Source: Vicinamibacteria bacterium (GTDB lineage Bacteria > Acidobacteriota > Vicinamibacteria > Marinacidobacterales > Marinacidobacteraceae). From it: a stretch of DNA of 64,000 bases. The first letter of the stretch is position 1. Every line of letters begins with the position of its first letter. The stretch is taken from contig OY729431.1 of assembly GCA_963422395.1 (NCBI GenBank), positions 1,376,001-1,440,000 of the forward strand, written 5' to 3'. The notes under the pieces are model-generated. The model had not been told where the DNA came from. It saw only the letters and a program-made list of their open reading frames with translations, and searched no databases. This document shows positions 28,989 to 38,271 of this stretch, one piece after another. Both the position numbers and the translations under genes were made by a program.

Positions 28989-30542
28989 ATGTTTCGATTC
29001 GTGCTCGCCGGGGCTTTTCTTCTGGCGATGATTCCGGTCTCGAGCTGTCTTTTCGAGGATGGGGATGGAAGGTACTCGCTGGCCGCCCTGGCGGCGGCGG
29101 CAGACGGTCAGGAAGAAGCGCCGGAAAGTGCCGAAGGGGCAGGGGAACGGGGCTCGCGTTTCCAGCACCTCGGCGACATCCGGAGTTCTCGGCAGACCCC
29201 TGCGGCCGATCGCACCGCGCCCGCCTGGACGCTTTCCGACGCCTTCGCCGAAGTGGCCCGGGTGGCGACTCCGGCGGTGGTCAGCTTGCTGGTGGACCAT
29301 GAGGGCAGCGGTCAGGACGGAAGCCCCTTCGATCCGTTTTTCGGTGTGCCGCAGCCGGGGCCGCGGCAGGGGCGCGGTTCCGGGGCCATCGTGGACCCGA
29401 GCGGTCTCGTCATCACCAACTACCATGTGGTCGAGAACGCCTCCAGAATTCAGGTGCGGCTGGCGGACGACCGAGAATTCGAAGCATCGGCGATCGGAAC
29501 CGACCCTCCCACCGATCTCGCAGTGCTTCGTCTGGATGCCGCTGGGGAGGCGTTTCCGCACCTCGGCGTTGGAGATTCCAACGAGGTGCGGGTTGGGGAT
29601 TGGGTTCTCGCGATCGGAAATCCGCTCGGGAACAGCCACAGCGTGACCGCGGGCATCGTGAGCGCCAAGGGCCGCGTGCTCGGGGGCGATTACCAGGACT
29701 ACATCCAGACGGACGCCGCCATCAATCCCGGGAATTCGGGCGGGCCACTCCTGAGCCTCGACGGACATCTGGTCGGCGTGAACACCGTGATCCAGGTCGC
29801 CGGAACGCCGGGAAACATCGGCCTCGGCTTCGCGATCCCCTCGAATCTGGTCCGGCGGGTCTACGACCAGTTGGCCTCCGAGGGGGAAGTGACCCGAGGG
29901 TGGCTGGGGGTAGCCGTCCAGGCGGTGGATCCGGAGGTCGCCGCGGCGTTCGATCTGAGTGAGGATCAGCGGGGCGCGATGATCACCGATTATTCGGGAG
30001 CCGACTCGCCGGCGCGGCAGGCGGGTCTCCGGTCCGGCGATGTGATCGTCCGTTTCAACGGCCGCGTCATCGAAGACAGCACCGATCTACAGTTCGCAGT
30101 CGCCGACGCCCGGCCCGGTGAACGATCCGAGATCGAATTCCTGCGCGACGGGGAACGGAGGACCGCAGAAGTGGTCCTCGCTCAGCGTGATTTCGAAGAA
30201 GCGGCGCCGCTCGCCGAGGCGAACCCACCGGAATCGGGGGCACCGGGCCGCTTGGGCATCGTGGGCGAAACGCTGACTCCGGAACTTGCCGAACGCCTGG
30301 GCTCCGACTTCGAGGGCGTATTGATCCGGGGCGTGACCACTGGCGGCGCGGCGCATCGGGCCGGACTCCAGCGCGGCCAGATCATCCTCGAAGTGGACGG
30401 TCGTCCGGTCCGGAGCACCGCAGACCTCGGTCGCGCCCTCTCCGAGGTCGAGGCCGGCGAGCCCTTTCCGATCTGGGTGGCGCAGCCGTCCGCACCCGGC
30501 GCTTGGCAACGGACCTTCGTCATCGTCGAAGCGCCCGAATAG
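28989..30542 (+). CDS. DegQ/HtrA serine endoprotease with two PDZ domains
   Basis: TNYHV, TDLAV, DAAINPGNSGGPL. SD AGGAGG. Confidence 0.95.
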   Translation: MFRFVLAGAFLLAMIPVSSCLFEDGDGRYSLAALAAAADGQEEAPESAEGAGERGSRFQHLGDIRSSRQTPAADRTAPAWTLSDAFAEVARVATPAVVSLLVDHEGSGQDGSPFDPFFGVPQPGPRQGRGSGAIVDPSGLVITNYHVVENASRIQVRLADDREFEASAIGTDPPTDLAVLRLDAAGEAFPHLGVGDSNEVRVGDWVLAIGNPLGNSHSVTAGIVSAKGRVLGGDYQDYIQTDAAINPGNSGGPLLSLDGHLVGVNTVIQVAGTPGNIGLGFAIPSNLVRRVYDQLASEGEVTRGWLGVAVQAVDPEVAAAFDLSEDQRGAMITDYSGADSPARQAGLRSGDVIVRFNGRVIEDSTDLQFAVADARPGERSEIEFLRDGERRTAEVVLAQRDFEEAAPLAEANPPESGAPGRLGIVGETLTPELAERLGSDFEGVLIRGVTTGGAAHRAGLQRGQIILEVDGRPVRSTADLGRALSEVEAGEPFPIWVAQPSAPGAWQRTFVIVEAPE

Positions 30543-30754
30543 CGGACGGAGCCTCCGGAGCAGCGGCGATCGGCACCGGGCGGCGATTGGGGGTGCCGCC
30601 GGTGTTCCGGGTGCGATCGCCGTACTTCCAGTAGTCTCCCTGTAGCCCTGCGCCCGACGCGAGCTTCCAGGGTGTCTGATCACTCGTCCCATTCGAAACG
30701 GAAGCCTGGGTTGCCGTTTCCAGCGTCGCAGCGGACGCTTTCCTCGAATCTCTG

Positions 30755-31924
30755 ATGATCGGGCCGGGCGTTCGCAGCCGCAGACGATCCTTCCGCGACG
30801 CTCCGCGCATCTTTACGCTGTTCGCCCTCTTCATCCTCTTTCTCGGAGCGATCGACGGGCTCAGCGAGGGGTTCCAGGGGCTCGGGTCCGGCCTTCTCCA
30901 CCGGTTCTTCGATGCCTCGAAAAATCCCCTCGTGGGGTTGCTGATCGGGATGCTCGCCACCACTCTGGTCCAGAGCTCTTCGGTCACCAGCGCCCTGATC
31001 GTGGGGCTCGTCGCCGCCCCGGAATCGCCGCTCCCCTTCGCGAGCGCGATCCCGATGGTGATGGGAGCGAATGTGGGCACCACGGTGACGAACACGCTCG
31101 CCGCCCTCGGCCACCTCCGAGACCGCGAGGAGCTGCGGCGCGCCTTCTCGGTTGCGACCTGCCACGACATGTTCAACCTGTTGGTGGTCGTGATTCTCCT
31201 GCCGGTCGAGATGCTCACCGGGGCGTTGGCGCGCGTCTCGACCCTCGTCGCCGGGCTCTTCGGAGGGTTGGCTGGTTTCGGATTCGACTACGACAGTCCG
31301 CTGAAGGCCATCATCCAGATCGTCCCGACCCCGATCGAATGGGTCGCGGGAAAGATCACTGGGTCCGACGAAGCCGCCGCCGCCATCCTCGCAGCGGCCT
31401 CGGCCGCACTCCTCGTGACCGCTCTCGGGCTGCTGGTGCGCACTCTCCGGAATCTCGCCAGCGGACGCGCCGAGGCAGCTGTCCACCGGGTGCTCGGGCG
31501 CAGCGCCGTCGTCGCGATGGGAGTGGGCGCCGTCGCCACCATTCTCGTCCAATCCAGTTCGGTCACCACTTCGATGCTCGTCCCGCTCGCCGGCGCCGGA
31601 TTGCTGCTTCTCGACGATGCTTTCCCGGTGACTCTCGGAGCCAATGTCGGGACCACGGTGACCGCCTTCCTCGCTGCCCTCGCCGTGTCGGGCCCGAACG
31701 CCCATTGGGGCTTTCAGCTGGCGGTGGTCCACCTCCTCTTCAACCTCATCGGGATCGGCCTCATCTACCCGGTGCGGTGGATCCGGGAGATTCCGCTCGC
31801 GGCAGCGCGGCGTCTCTCCGGGGTCGCCGTTCGGAGCCGGGCGGCGGCTCTCGGATATGTCCTGGGGGGCTTTTACGGGGTACCGGCGCTCCTCCTGTTG
31901 ATCGGCCGCGCGCTCGGCTACTGA
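30755..31924 (+). CDS. Na+/phosphate symporter (NptA/SLC34-like)
   Basis: Duplicated QSSSVT and GANVGTT motifs. Confidence 0.92.
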   Translation: MIGPGVRSRRRSFRDAPRIFTLFALFILFLGAIDGLSEGFQGLGSGLLHRFFDASKNPLVGLLIGMLATTLVQSSSVTSALIVGLVAAPESPLPFASAIPMVMGANVGTTVTNTLAALGHLRDREELRRAFSVATCHDMFNLLVVVILLPVEMLTGALARVSTLVAGLFGGLAGFGFDYDSPLKAIIQIVPTPIEWVAGKITGSDEAAAAILAAASAALLVTALGLLVRTLRNLASGRAEAAVHRVLGRSAVVAMGVGAVATILVQSSSVTTSMLVPLAGAGLLLLDDAFPVTLGANVGTTVTAFLAALAVSGPNAHWGFQLAVVHLLFNLIGIGLIYPVRWIREIPLAAARRLSGVAVRSRAAALGYVLGGFYGVPALLLLIGRALGY

Positions 31925-33732
31925 GCCCGGCAGCGAGGTGAGGTCAGCCGGTGCAGGAGCCGCGGACGGCACCTCGCCCCCCTCGCCGGGGTCGAGGCCG
32001 GCGCCGGTGACTCGCACGACTTCGGTGAGGGTGGTCTCGCCTTCCACGAGCACCCGGACTGCCGACTGGCGGAGGCTGCGGTAGCCGTTACGGCGCGCGT
32101 ACCGGGCCAGCTCCCGGCACCAGCGCCCCGCAGGATTTCAGCCGCCGCGGCCGGCCCCACCGGAAAGACCTCGAACACCCCTCGCCGTCCTCGATACCCC
32201 GTCTCCAGGCAGCGGGCGCAGCCCCGGCCCGTTCGAACCCGCTTGCCGGCGAGTTCTGGCATGCCGACGGTTGCGGCCGCAGACGCCGAGACCGTGTCCC
32301 ACACCGCACACCGCGAACAGACGGTGCGGAGCAGACGTTGCGCCAGCACTCCGACGAGCGTCGCTCCGATCAGGAAGCGCGGCACTCCGAGATCCTCCAG
32401 CCTGGAGACCGCACCGGCGGCGTCATTCGTGTGGAGCGTGGACAGCACGAGGTGTCCGGTCAATGCTGCCTGCACCGCCATCTCCGCGGTTTCGCCATCC
32501 CGGATCTCGCCCACCATCACGATGTCGGGGTCCTGCCGCAGCACGCTGCGGATCGCCGCCGAGAAATCGAGGTCGATGCGGGGGTTCACCTGAACCTGAC
32601 TGAGTAGAGGATGGATCAGTTCGACCGGATCTTCGATGGTGATCACATTGACTTCGGGAGTCGCTACCTGCCGGAGGACCGAGTACAGGGTGGTCGTCTT
32701 GCCGCTGCCCGTCGGCCCGGTGAGCAGGACCAACCCCTCCCGACGGCTGAGGATGGCGCGAAGACGCGCCTCTTCGTCTTCGGCGAGCCGGAGCTGTTCC
32801 AGCGACGAGACGAGTGCTGAAGGATCGAAGATCCGGAGCACTGCTTTCTCTCCGAAGACGGTGGGCAGGGTGGATACCCGCAGCTCGATCTCGTGGTCGG
32901 GTTCGATCCGCTTGAAACGGCCGTCCTGGGGTCGTCGTTTTTCGGCGATATCCAGCCCGCTCAGCATCTTGAGGCGGCTGACGACTGCCTGATAGACGAT
33001 GCGGGGGAAGGTGTGCATCGTGCGGAGCACGCCGTCCACCCGAAAACGCACGACGGCCAGATCTCGCTTCGGCTCCATGTGGATGTCCGAGGCCCGCTGC
33101 TCGAATGCCTGGTGCAGGATGCTGTCGAGGGCTGCGACGACCGGCCGGGTAGTCGGTTCGAGATCGACCGCGGCTTCGGATTCGGAGACGAACTCCTGGG
33201 TTCCGGGTGCGGGACCGGTCCCGTGCCGGTCGGTGAGTTCGGTTTCGGCGGCTTGAAGGGAAGTGCGGAGGTTGTAGAGACTTCCGTTGACCCCCTCGAT
33301 GTCGGAGCGAGTGGCGACCACGACTTCGACCCGAACTCCGAGATAGCGTTCGAGGTCGGCGATGGCGGCCCGTTCGTATGGATTCGCTACTGCGACGGTG
33401 AGCAGGTCTCCCTTCTTCGCGAGAGCGCAGATCGTGTGGCGGCGGGCGAACGGGGCCGGCAGCACCCCGGTGACCACATCGGCGTTCAACTCGGCTGGGT
33501 TTATGGAGCGGAAAGCGATCCGGGCGTCTCGCGCCACCGCTTGCGCGATGTCCTCCTCGGTCACCACTCCTGCAGCGAGAAGCGCAGCTTCGTGGCGATG
33601 CGCGGGAAGCTGCGCGATGCGGGCTACGGTATCGGTCGCGGGGAGGTTTCCCTGACGCCTCAGAACGGCCAAGAGGTCGGGAATCGGGTTCTCCACCAGC
33701 GGTCCGGCGGCGGGTACGGCTTCGTCAGGCAA
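31918..33732 (-). CDS. GspE/PilB family secretion ATPase with C-terminal frameshift near 32113
   Basis: ASDIH, GPTGSGKTTT, LRQDPD, LSTLHTN, tetra-Cys motif. The canonical tail (GETTLTEVVRVT) is in another frame. Confidence 0.9.
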   Translation of the reverse strand: MPDEAVPAAGPLVENPIPDLLAVLRRQGNLPATDTVARIAQLPAHRHEAALLAAGVVTEEDIAQAVARDARIAFRSINPAELNADVVTGVLPAPFARRHTICALAKKGDLLTVAVANPYERAAIADLERYLGVRVEVVVATRSDIEGVNGSLYNLRTSLQAAETELTDRHGTGPAPGTQEFVSESEAAVDLEPTTRPVVAALDSILHQAFEQRASDIHMEPKRDLAVVRFRVDGVLRTMHTFPRIVYQAVVSRLKMLSGLDIAEKRRPQDGRFKRIEPDHEIELRVSTLPTVFGEKAVLRIFDPSALVSSLEQLRLAEDEEARLRAILSRREGLVLLTGPTGSGKTTTLYSVLRQVATPEVNVITIEDPVELIHPLLSQVQVNPRIDLDFSAAIRSVLRQDPDIVMVGEIRDGETAEMAVQAALTGHLVLSTLHTNDAAGAVSRLEDLGVPRFLIGATLVGVLAQRLLRTVCSRCAVWDTVSASAAATVGMPELAGKRVRTGRGCARCLETGYRGRRGVFEVFPVGPAAAAEILRGAGAGSWPGTRAVTATAASASRQSGCSWKARPPSPKSCESPAPASTPARGARCRPRLLHRLTSPRCRAQ

Positions 33733-33844
33733 TGAAAAGGTCCTCCTCTATTCCTAGACGGAATTTCGGAGGTTTTCTGCTCACTGGCGAAGACCTTTTG
33801 GAGAAATTCGCGCAAAAGAAGACAGAAGCAGGGAGAGCGGGGAA

Positions 33845-33893
33845 CGGCCCCGCGAACATGCCGGAGAGCGGCACTTCATCCACGGGCTGCCAG
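33845..33893 (-). repeat. Internally deleted MITE fragment
   Basis: GGCCCCGCGAACATGCCGGAGAG-CGGCACTTCATCCACGGGCTG matches the flanks of the hairpin module plus a TIR. Confidence 0.65.
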
Positions 33894-33917
33894 GAGTCTG
33901 CGCTGCAGAAAAAACGA

Positions 33918-33965
33918 CCACTATATGTAGTAGGTCGATTCGTCGATGACCACTACATATAGTGG
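33918..33965. promoter_or_regulatory. Tandem NrdR-box-like palindromes
   Basis: ccaCTATATGTAGtag and ccaCTACATATAGtgg, cores 32 bp apart. Confidence 0.65.
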
Positions 33966-34025
33966 TTGATCGCGTCTGGAATCGTTCTGCGGCGCAGCCT
34001 GCTAGGATGCGCCCCTCCTCGAGGC

Positions 34026-34100
34026 AGGCGCGTAGCTCAGGGGGAGAGCGCTACCTTGACGCGGTAGAAGTCGGCGGTTCAAATCCGCCCGCGCCTACCA
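34026..34100 (+). tRNA. tRNA-Val(GAC)
   Basis: Acceptor stem AGGCGCG/CGCGCCT-ACCA, anticodon arm CTACC-TTGACGC-GGTAG, T-loop GGTTCAAATCC. Confidence 0.97.
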
Positions 34101-34225
34101 CTCCCCCAATCGAAAACGCCCCAACCCGAAAGACCCGACTGGAAACCGGAGCCGACGATCTCCCCTGCGAATTCCCTCGCTGTCGCGCTTCCGGCGCGCC
34201 GGCTCCGCGGTCTCGGTGAGGAACG

Positions 34226-36139
34226 ATGGATCTCGTGACTCCGTTCCCCATCCGACTCGCTCTCGCCGAAGGGGGCGAGCTGACTCTTCCTGCCGGGTCC
34301 CGGCTCTCGGAAGTCGCACCGGCGTCGGCAGTGGCCGCGGTTCTCGACGGTCGGGAGGTGGACCTGGCCCACTGTCCTCAGAGTGACGCCGAAGTCCGTT
34401 TCCTGACGGTCGAGGATCCCGCCGGTCTGCATGTCTTCCGGCACAGTTCTGCCCACCTGCTCGCGGCGGCGGTCAAGGATCTGTTCCCCGAGGCCCGCTA
34501 CGGGGTGGGGCCGCCCATCGAGGACGGCTTCTACTACGACTTCCGAGTCGATGAACCCTTTTCGCCCGAGGACCTGGAACGGATCGAGCAGCGGATGCGG
34601 CAATTGGTGAAGGCACGCCTTCCCTTCGGTCGCGAAATCCTGTCTCGGGAGGATGCGGTCCGGGTGTTCGAGGAGCAGGGCGAGCCCTTCAAGGTCGAAC
34701 TGGTCCGTGAGAAGGGCGGGGAACAGGTCTCCTGCTATCGGGTGGGGAACTTCTTCGACTTCTGCGAGGGCCCCCATGTTCCGCACACCGGGGTGATCCG
34801 GGCGCTCAAGGTGCTGTCGAGTTCGGGCGCCTATTGGAAGGGCGACGCGAACGGCATCCCGATGCAGCGGATCTACGCCACGAGTTTTCCGGACCGAAAG
34901 CAGTTGGCCGGCTATCTGTCCCGCCGTGAGGAAGCGAAACGGCGCGATCACCGCCGTATCGGCCGCGACCAGCGGCTCTTCCTCATCCTCGAAGAGGCGC
35001 CCGGACAGGTTTTCTGGCTGCCTGACGGCATGGGAATCGTGAACCGGCTGCTCGACTCCATGCGGGGGAAGCTGGACCGGCGCGGTTACCAGGAGATCCG
35101 GACGCCTCTGATCCTGAACGAGGCGGTCTGGGCCCGGAGCGGCCACCTGGACCACTACCGCGACAACATGTTCTTCATCGTGTCGGACGAGAACCGTTTC
35201 GGCATCAAGCCGATGAACTGCCCCGGCGCGGCGCTGGTGTACCGCTCGGAGATCCGATCGTGGCGCGATCTGCCGCTCCGCCTTTCGGAGTTCGGGCACT
35301 GCCATCGCTTCGAGCCTTCGGGGGTGTTGTCCGGCCTCACCAGGGTGCGGGCCTTCACTCAGGACGACGCCCACCTCTACTGCCGGCTCGACCAGGTCCG
35401 AGACGAGGTTCTCGGATTGATGGACCTGGTGAAGGATGTCTATGGGGAGTTCGGGTTCGGGGACATCCGGGTGGAGCTTTCGACCCGTCCGCAAAAGTCC
35501 GTCGGCAGTGCGGAAATCTGGGATACCGCCGAGGCGGCCCTCGGAGAAGCTCTCGCCGAGTCCGGGGACCGCTGGTTCGTGAACCCCGGAGACGGTGCTT
35601 TCTATGGCCCCAAGATCGATTTCCATGTCCGGGACGCGCTGGGCCGGAGCCACCAGTGCGCCACGATCCAGCTCGACTTCTCGCAGGCGCCCGCCTTCGA
35701 TCTGTCCTACGCTGCCGAAGACGGTTCGCGCGAGCGGCCGGTGGTCATCCACCGCGCGATCCTTGGCTCGGTCGAGCGGTTCTTCGCACTGCTCGTGGAA
35801 CACACCGGCGGCGCATTTCCGGTCTGGATCGCACCCACTCAGGTTCAGCTGATCCCCATCGCCGACCGACACCGGGAGGCCGCCGCCGGCATCGCTGCGC
35901 GCTTCGGGACTCGCGGTTTCCGCGTCCGGCTCGACGACCGCCGCGAAAAGATGGGGTACAAGATCCGCCAGGCGGAACTGCGGCGCGTCCCCTTCATGGT
36001 GGTTCTGGGGGACCGCGAAGTCGAGGAGGGGACCCTCTCGGTTCGCACTCGGGGCCGGCCAGGCCAGGAGACCCTCACCGAAGCGGAACTCGCGGCGCGG
36101 ATCGAGGCGCTCATCGCCGAACGGTCCCTGTCGGTATGA
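34226..36139 (+). CDS. thrS: Threonine--tRNA ligase
   Basis: RHSSAHL, GAYWKG, RDHR, KPMNCP, GAFYGPKID, HRAILGSVERF. Confidence 0.97.
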   Translation: MDLVTPFPIRLALAEGGELTLPAGSRLSEVAPASAVAAVLDGREVDLAHCPQSDAEVRFLTVEDPAGLHVFRHSSAHLLAAAVKDLFPEARYGVGPPIEDGFYYDFRVDEPFSPEDLERIEQRMRQLVKARLPFGREILSREDAVRVFEEQGEPFKVELVREKGGEQVSCYRVGNFFDFCEGPHVPHTGVIRALKVLSSSGAYWKGDANGIPMQRIYATSFPDRKQLAGYLSRREEAKRRDHRRIGRDQRLFLILEEAPGQVFWLPDGMGIVNRLLDSMRGKLDRRGYQEIRTPLILNEAVWARSGHLDHYRDNMFFIVSDENRFGIKPMNCPGAALVYRSEIRSWRDLPLRLSEFGHCHRFEPSGVLSGLTRVRAFTQDDAHLYCRLDQVRDEVLGLMDLVKDVYGEFGFGDIRVELSTRPQKSVGSAEIWDTAEAALGEALAESGDRWFVNPGDGAFYGPKIDFHVRDALGRSHQCATIQLDFSQAPAFDLSYAAEDGSRERPVVIHRAILGSVERFFALLVEHTGGAFPVWIAPTQVQLIPIADRHREAAAGIAARFGTRGFRVRLDDRREKMGYKIRQAELRRVPFMVVLGDREVEEGTLSVRTRGRPGQETLTEAELAARIEALIAERSLSV

Positions 36140-36241
36140 GCTGTCTTCGGGGACCGTGGCCGTTCGCGGGTCCGGGTCGTTTGGCGAATGGCCGACGAAG
36201 AGGCGATAATCCTCTGTCCCGCCGCACAGCGGAGGTGATCC

Positions 36242-36928
36242 ATCGATAGTTCGCTCAGGGTAAACGACCGGATTCGGGCACCCGTCGTTCTCGTGATCGG
36301 CGAGGACGGCGAGAAACTCGGCGATTTAGCCCTCGGGGATGCCCGGCGTCTTGCTGAAGGTCGCGGCCTCGATCTCGTCGAGATCGTGCCGAACCGCATG
36401 CCTCCGGTCTGCAAGATGATGAACTATGGGCGGTTCGTGTACCAACAGAGCAAGAAATCCCAAGAATCGCGCCGGCACCAGAAACAGAACCAGGTCAAGG
36501 AAGTCAAGTTCCGCATCATCATCGGCGAGCACGATCGGAGCACCAAGATGAAACAGATCGGTCGCTTCTTGCACGATGGGCACAAGGTCAAGGCCACGAT
36601 CTGGTTCAAGCGGGCCCGGGAGCGCAGCCGCCGCGAGCTGGGAGACCGCATCCTGGACGAGGTGACCACGGCGCTTGCAGAGATCGCGACCGTAGAGTCG
36701 AGGTCCAATGTGATCGGGAACCAGATGAGCATGATCCTCGCTCCGAATCGGCGGCTGCTCGAGGCGCTGCGCGAAGGGCGCTCCGGCAGGGCCGGCGACG
36801 AACCTCCGGCCCCCAGAATTCGGAGATCGCAGCGCGAGAAGGAATCTCCTTCCGGAGAGGAAACCCCGGTCCCTGGCGCTGTGCTGCCGGATGGGACCGC
36901 CGCCGCCAGCGCGGGAGGGAACCGATGA
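36242..36928 (+). CDS. infC: Translation initiation factor IF-3 (non-canonical ATC start)
   Basis: SD GGAGGT, in-frame TGA at 36236, then [25 protein letters not shown] and KEVKF motifs. Confidence 0.92.
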   Translation: MDSSLRVNDRIRAPVVLVIGEDGEKLGDLALGDARRLAEGRGLDLVEIVPNRMPPVCKMMNYGRFVYQQSKKSQESRRHQKQNQVKEVKFRIIIGEHDRSTKMKQIGRFLHDGHKVKATIWFKRARERSRRELGDRILDEVTTALAEIATVESRSNVIGNQMSMILAPNRRLLEALREGRSGRAGDEPPAPRIRRSQREKESPSGEETPVPGAVLPDGTAAASAGGNR

Positions 36929-37119
36929 AACTCAAGATGAAGACCCATCGCGGGGCCGCCAAGCGGTTCCGCAAGACCGCCAGCGGGCGGATTCGCCGTC
37001 GGCGGGCCTACCACAGTCACATTCTCACCAAGAAGTCCGCGAAGCGGCGCCGCCGGCTGCGCAGCGGCGCTTGGGTCTTCGAAGGCGAAGCGAAGAGGAT
37101 CGCCCGCATCATCGGCTGA
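36925..37119 (+). CDS. rpmI: 50S ribosomal protein L35
   Basis: [12 protein letters not shown]...HILTKK. Confidence 0.96.
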   Translation: MKLKMKTHRGAAKRFRKTASGRIRRRRAYHSHILTKKSAKRRRRLRSGAWVFEGEAKRIARIIG

Positions 37120-37185
37120 GCCCATCGCCCGATACCAGAACCCGAACCGAACGATGTCGGAGGCAGCGACCATGGAGAAGACCTC

Positions 37186-37560
37186 ATGTCCCGCGTGAAG
37201 CGAGGGACGCACCGTCGGGACCGGCGGCGGCGGGTACTGAAACTGACCCGCGGCTACCGCGGCATGCGGGGCCGGCTGTACCGCCATGCGATGCAGGCGG
37301 TGGACCGCGCCCTCTCGTACGCCTACCGGGACCGCCGGAACCGAAAGCGGGATTTCCGCCGGCTCTGGATCACCCGGATCAGCGCGGCTTCCCGTGAACG
37401 GGGGCTTCCGTACGCGCAGTTCGCTCACGGCCTGTCGCTGGCTCAGGTGGGCGTGGATCGAAAGCAGCTCGCCGAACTGGCGGTCCATGACCCTGCGGCA
37501 TTCGACTTTTTGGTGGACCGGGCGCGGTCTGCGCTGGACGACCGTCCGTCGCCCGCCTGA
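37186..37560 (+). CDS. rplT: 50S ribosomal protein L20
   Basis: MSRVKRG, AYRDRRNRKRDFRRLWITRI. Confidence 0.97.
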   Translation: MSRVKRGTHRRDRRRRVLKLTRGYRGMRGRLYRHAMQAVDRALSYAYRDRRNRKRDFRRLWITRISAASRERGLPYAQFAHGLSLAQVGVDRKQLAELAVHDPAAFDFLVDRARSALDDRPSPA

Positions 37561-37604
37561 AATCCGGAGACTCCGGCTGCTTGTCATTCGGAGGAGAGGC
37601 CCTC

Positions 37605-37880
37605 ATGGCGGAGGCCGCTGCCGCCGTTCGCAGCTTGCTCCCCGACATCGAGCGGGTTTCGGCTGCCGCCGATTCCGCGCTGAGCCAACTGCGGACGGCT
37701 TCCGAGCGAGCTGCCATGGACTGTCGTTCCCTGGAGCAGGAGGGCGAGGCGGCCCGGGTCCGCCGCGAGCGGGTCGAAGAGGCGTTGCGCCTCCTCCAGG
37801 AGGAGCGAAAGGCAACGCGGAGTCTTCTGGTCCGAATCGTCGGAAGCAGTGAGTCAGGACAGAAAGTGGAAGCCGGATGA
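37605..37880 (+). CDS. Small coiled-coil protein (ZapB-like position)
   Basis: SD GGAGGAG, coiled-coil character, directly upstream of zapA. Confidence 0.55.
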   Translation: MAEAAAAVRSLLPDIERVSAAADSALSQLRTASERAAMDCRSLEQEGEAARVRRERVEEALRLLQEERKATRSLLVRIVGSSESGQKVEAG

Positions 37881-38226
37881 GGTTACGGAGAAGGGACCTT
37901 TGAGCGGCATCGTCGAAGTCGAGGTCGCTGGCCGCTCCTACCGGCTGTGCTCCGACGAGGACGGCACCGATCTACAGCAGGTGGCCGCTCTCGTGAACGA
38001 GCGAGTCGGAGAGATCCTGTCGGCGGCGCCCGGTCTGGCGCCAGAACGGGCGGCGATTCTGGCAGCGCTGAACATGGGCGATGAACTGCTCCGGGAACGC
38101 CGCGCCGCCGCCGCGCAGGCGGAGGCGGTGGAAGCCGCCGTCGAAGAGGCACGGGAGCGACTCGTCGGCCTGGCGGAGCGCCTCGACGAGGCGGGCGCGC
38201 TGCGGGAAAACGCCGCTGGCGGCTGA
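37849..38226 (+). CDS. zapA: Cell division protein ZapA
   Basis: VEVAGRSYRL...AILAALNMGDEL. Start uncertain. Confidence 0.85.
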   Translation: MSQDRKWKPDEVTEKGPLSGIVEVEVAGRSYRLCSDEDGTDLQQVAALVNERVGEILSAAPGLAPERAAILAALNMGDELLRERRAAAAQAEAVEAAVEEARERLVGLAERLDEAGALRENAAGG

Positions 38227-38271
38227 GGGGCGCGCCCTCGATCCGGCCTTCCGGGCGGCTTCGGAGGAGCA

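Noticed and set aside
30563-30622. GC-rich hairpin after degQ as ncRNA or riboswitch
   Set aside because: Single imperfect stem (CGGCGATCG...CGATCGCCG) with no recognisable motif or second copy. At most a terminator-like structure.
30680-32053. 457-aa minus-strand ORF as a separate gene
   Set aside because: Only the first ~17 aa are meaningful (displaced GspE tail). The rest is antisense to the Na/Pi symporter.
34026-34226. Integrated element at tRNA-Val, or a T-box before thrS
   Set aside because: No integrase, no duplicated tRNA 3' end seen, and no T-box motif. thrS follows after 125 bp.
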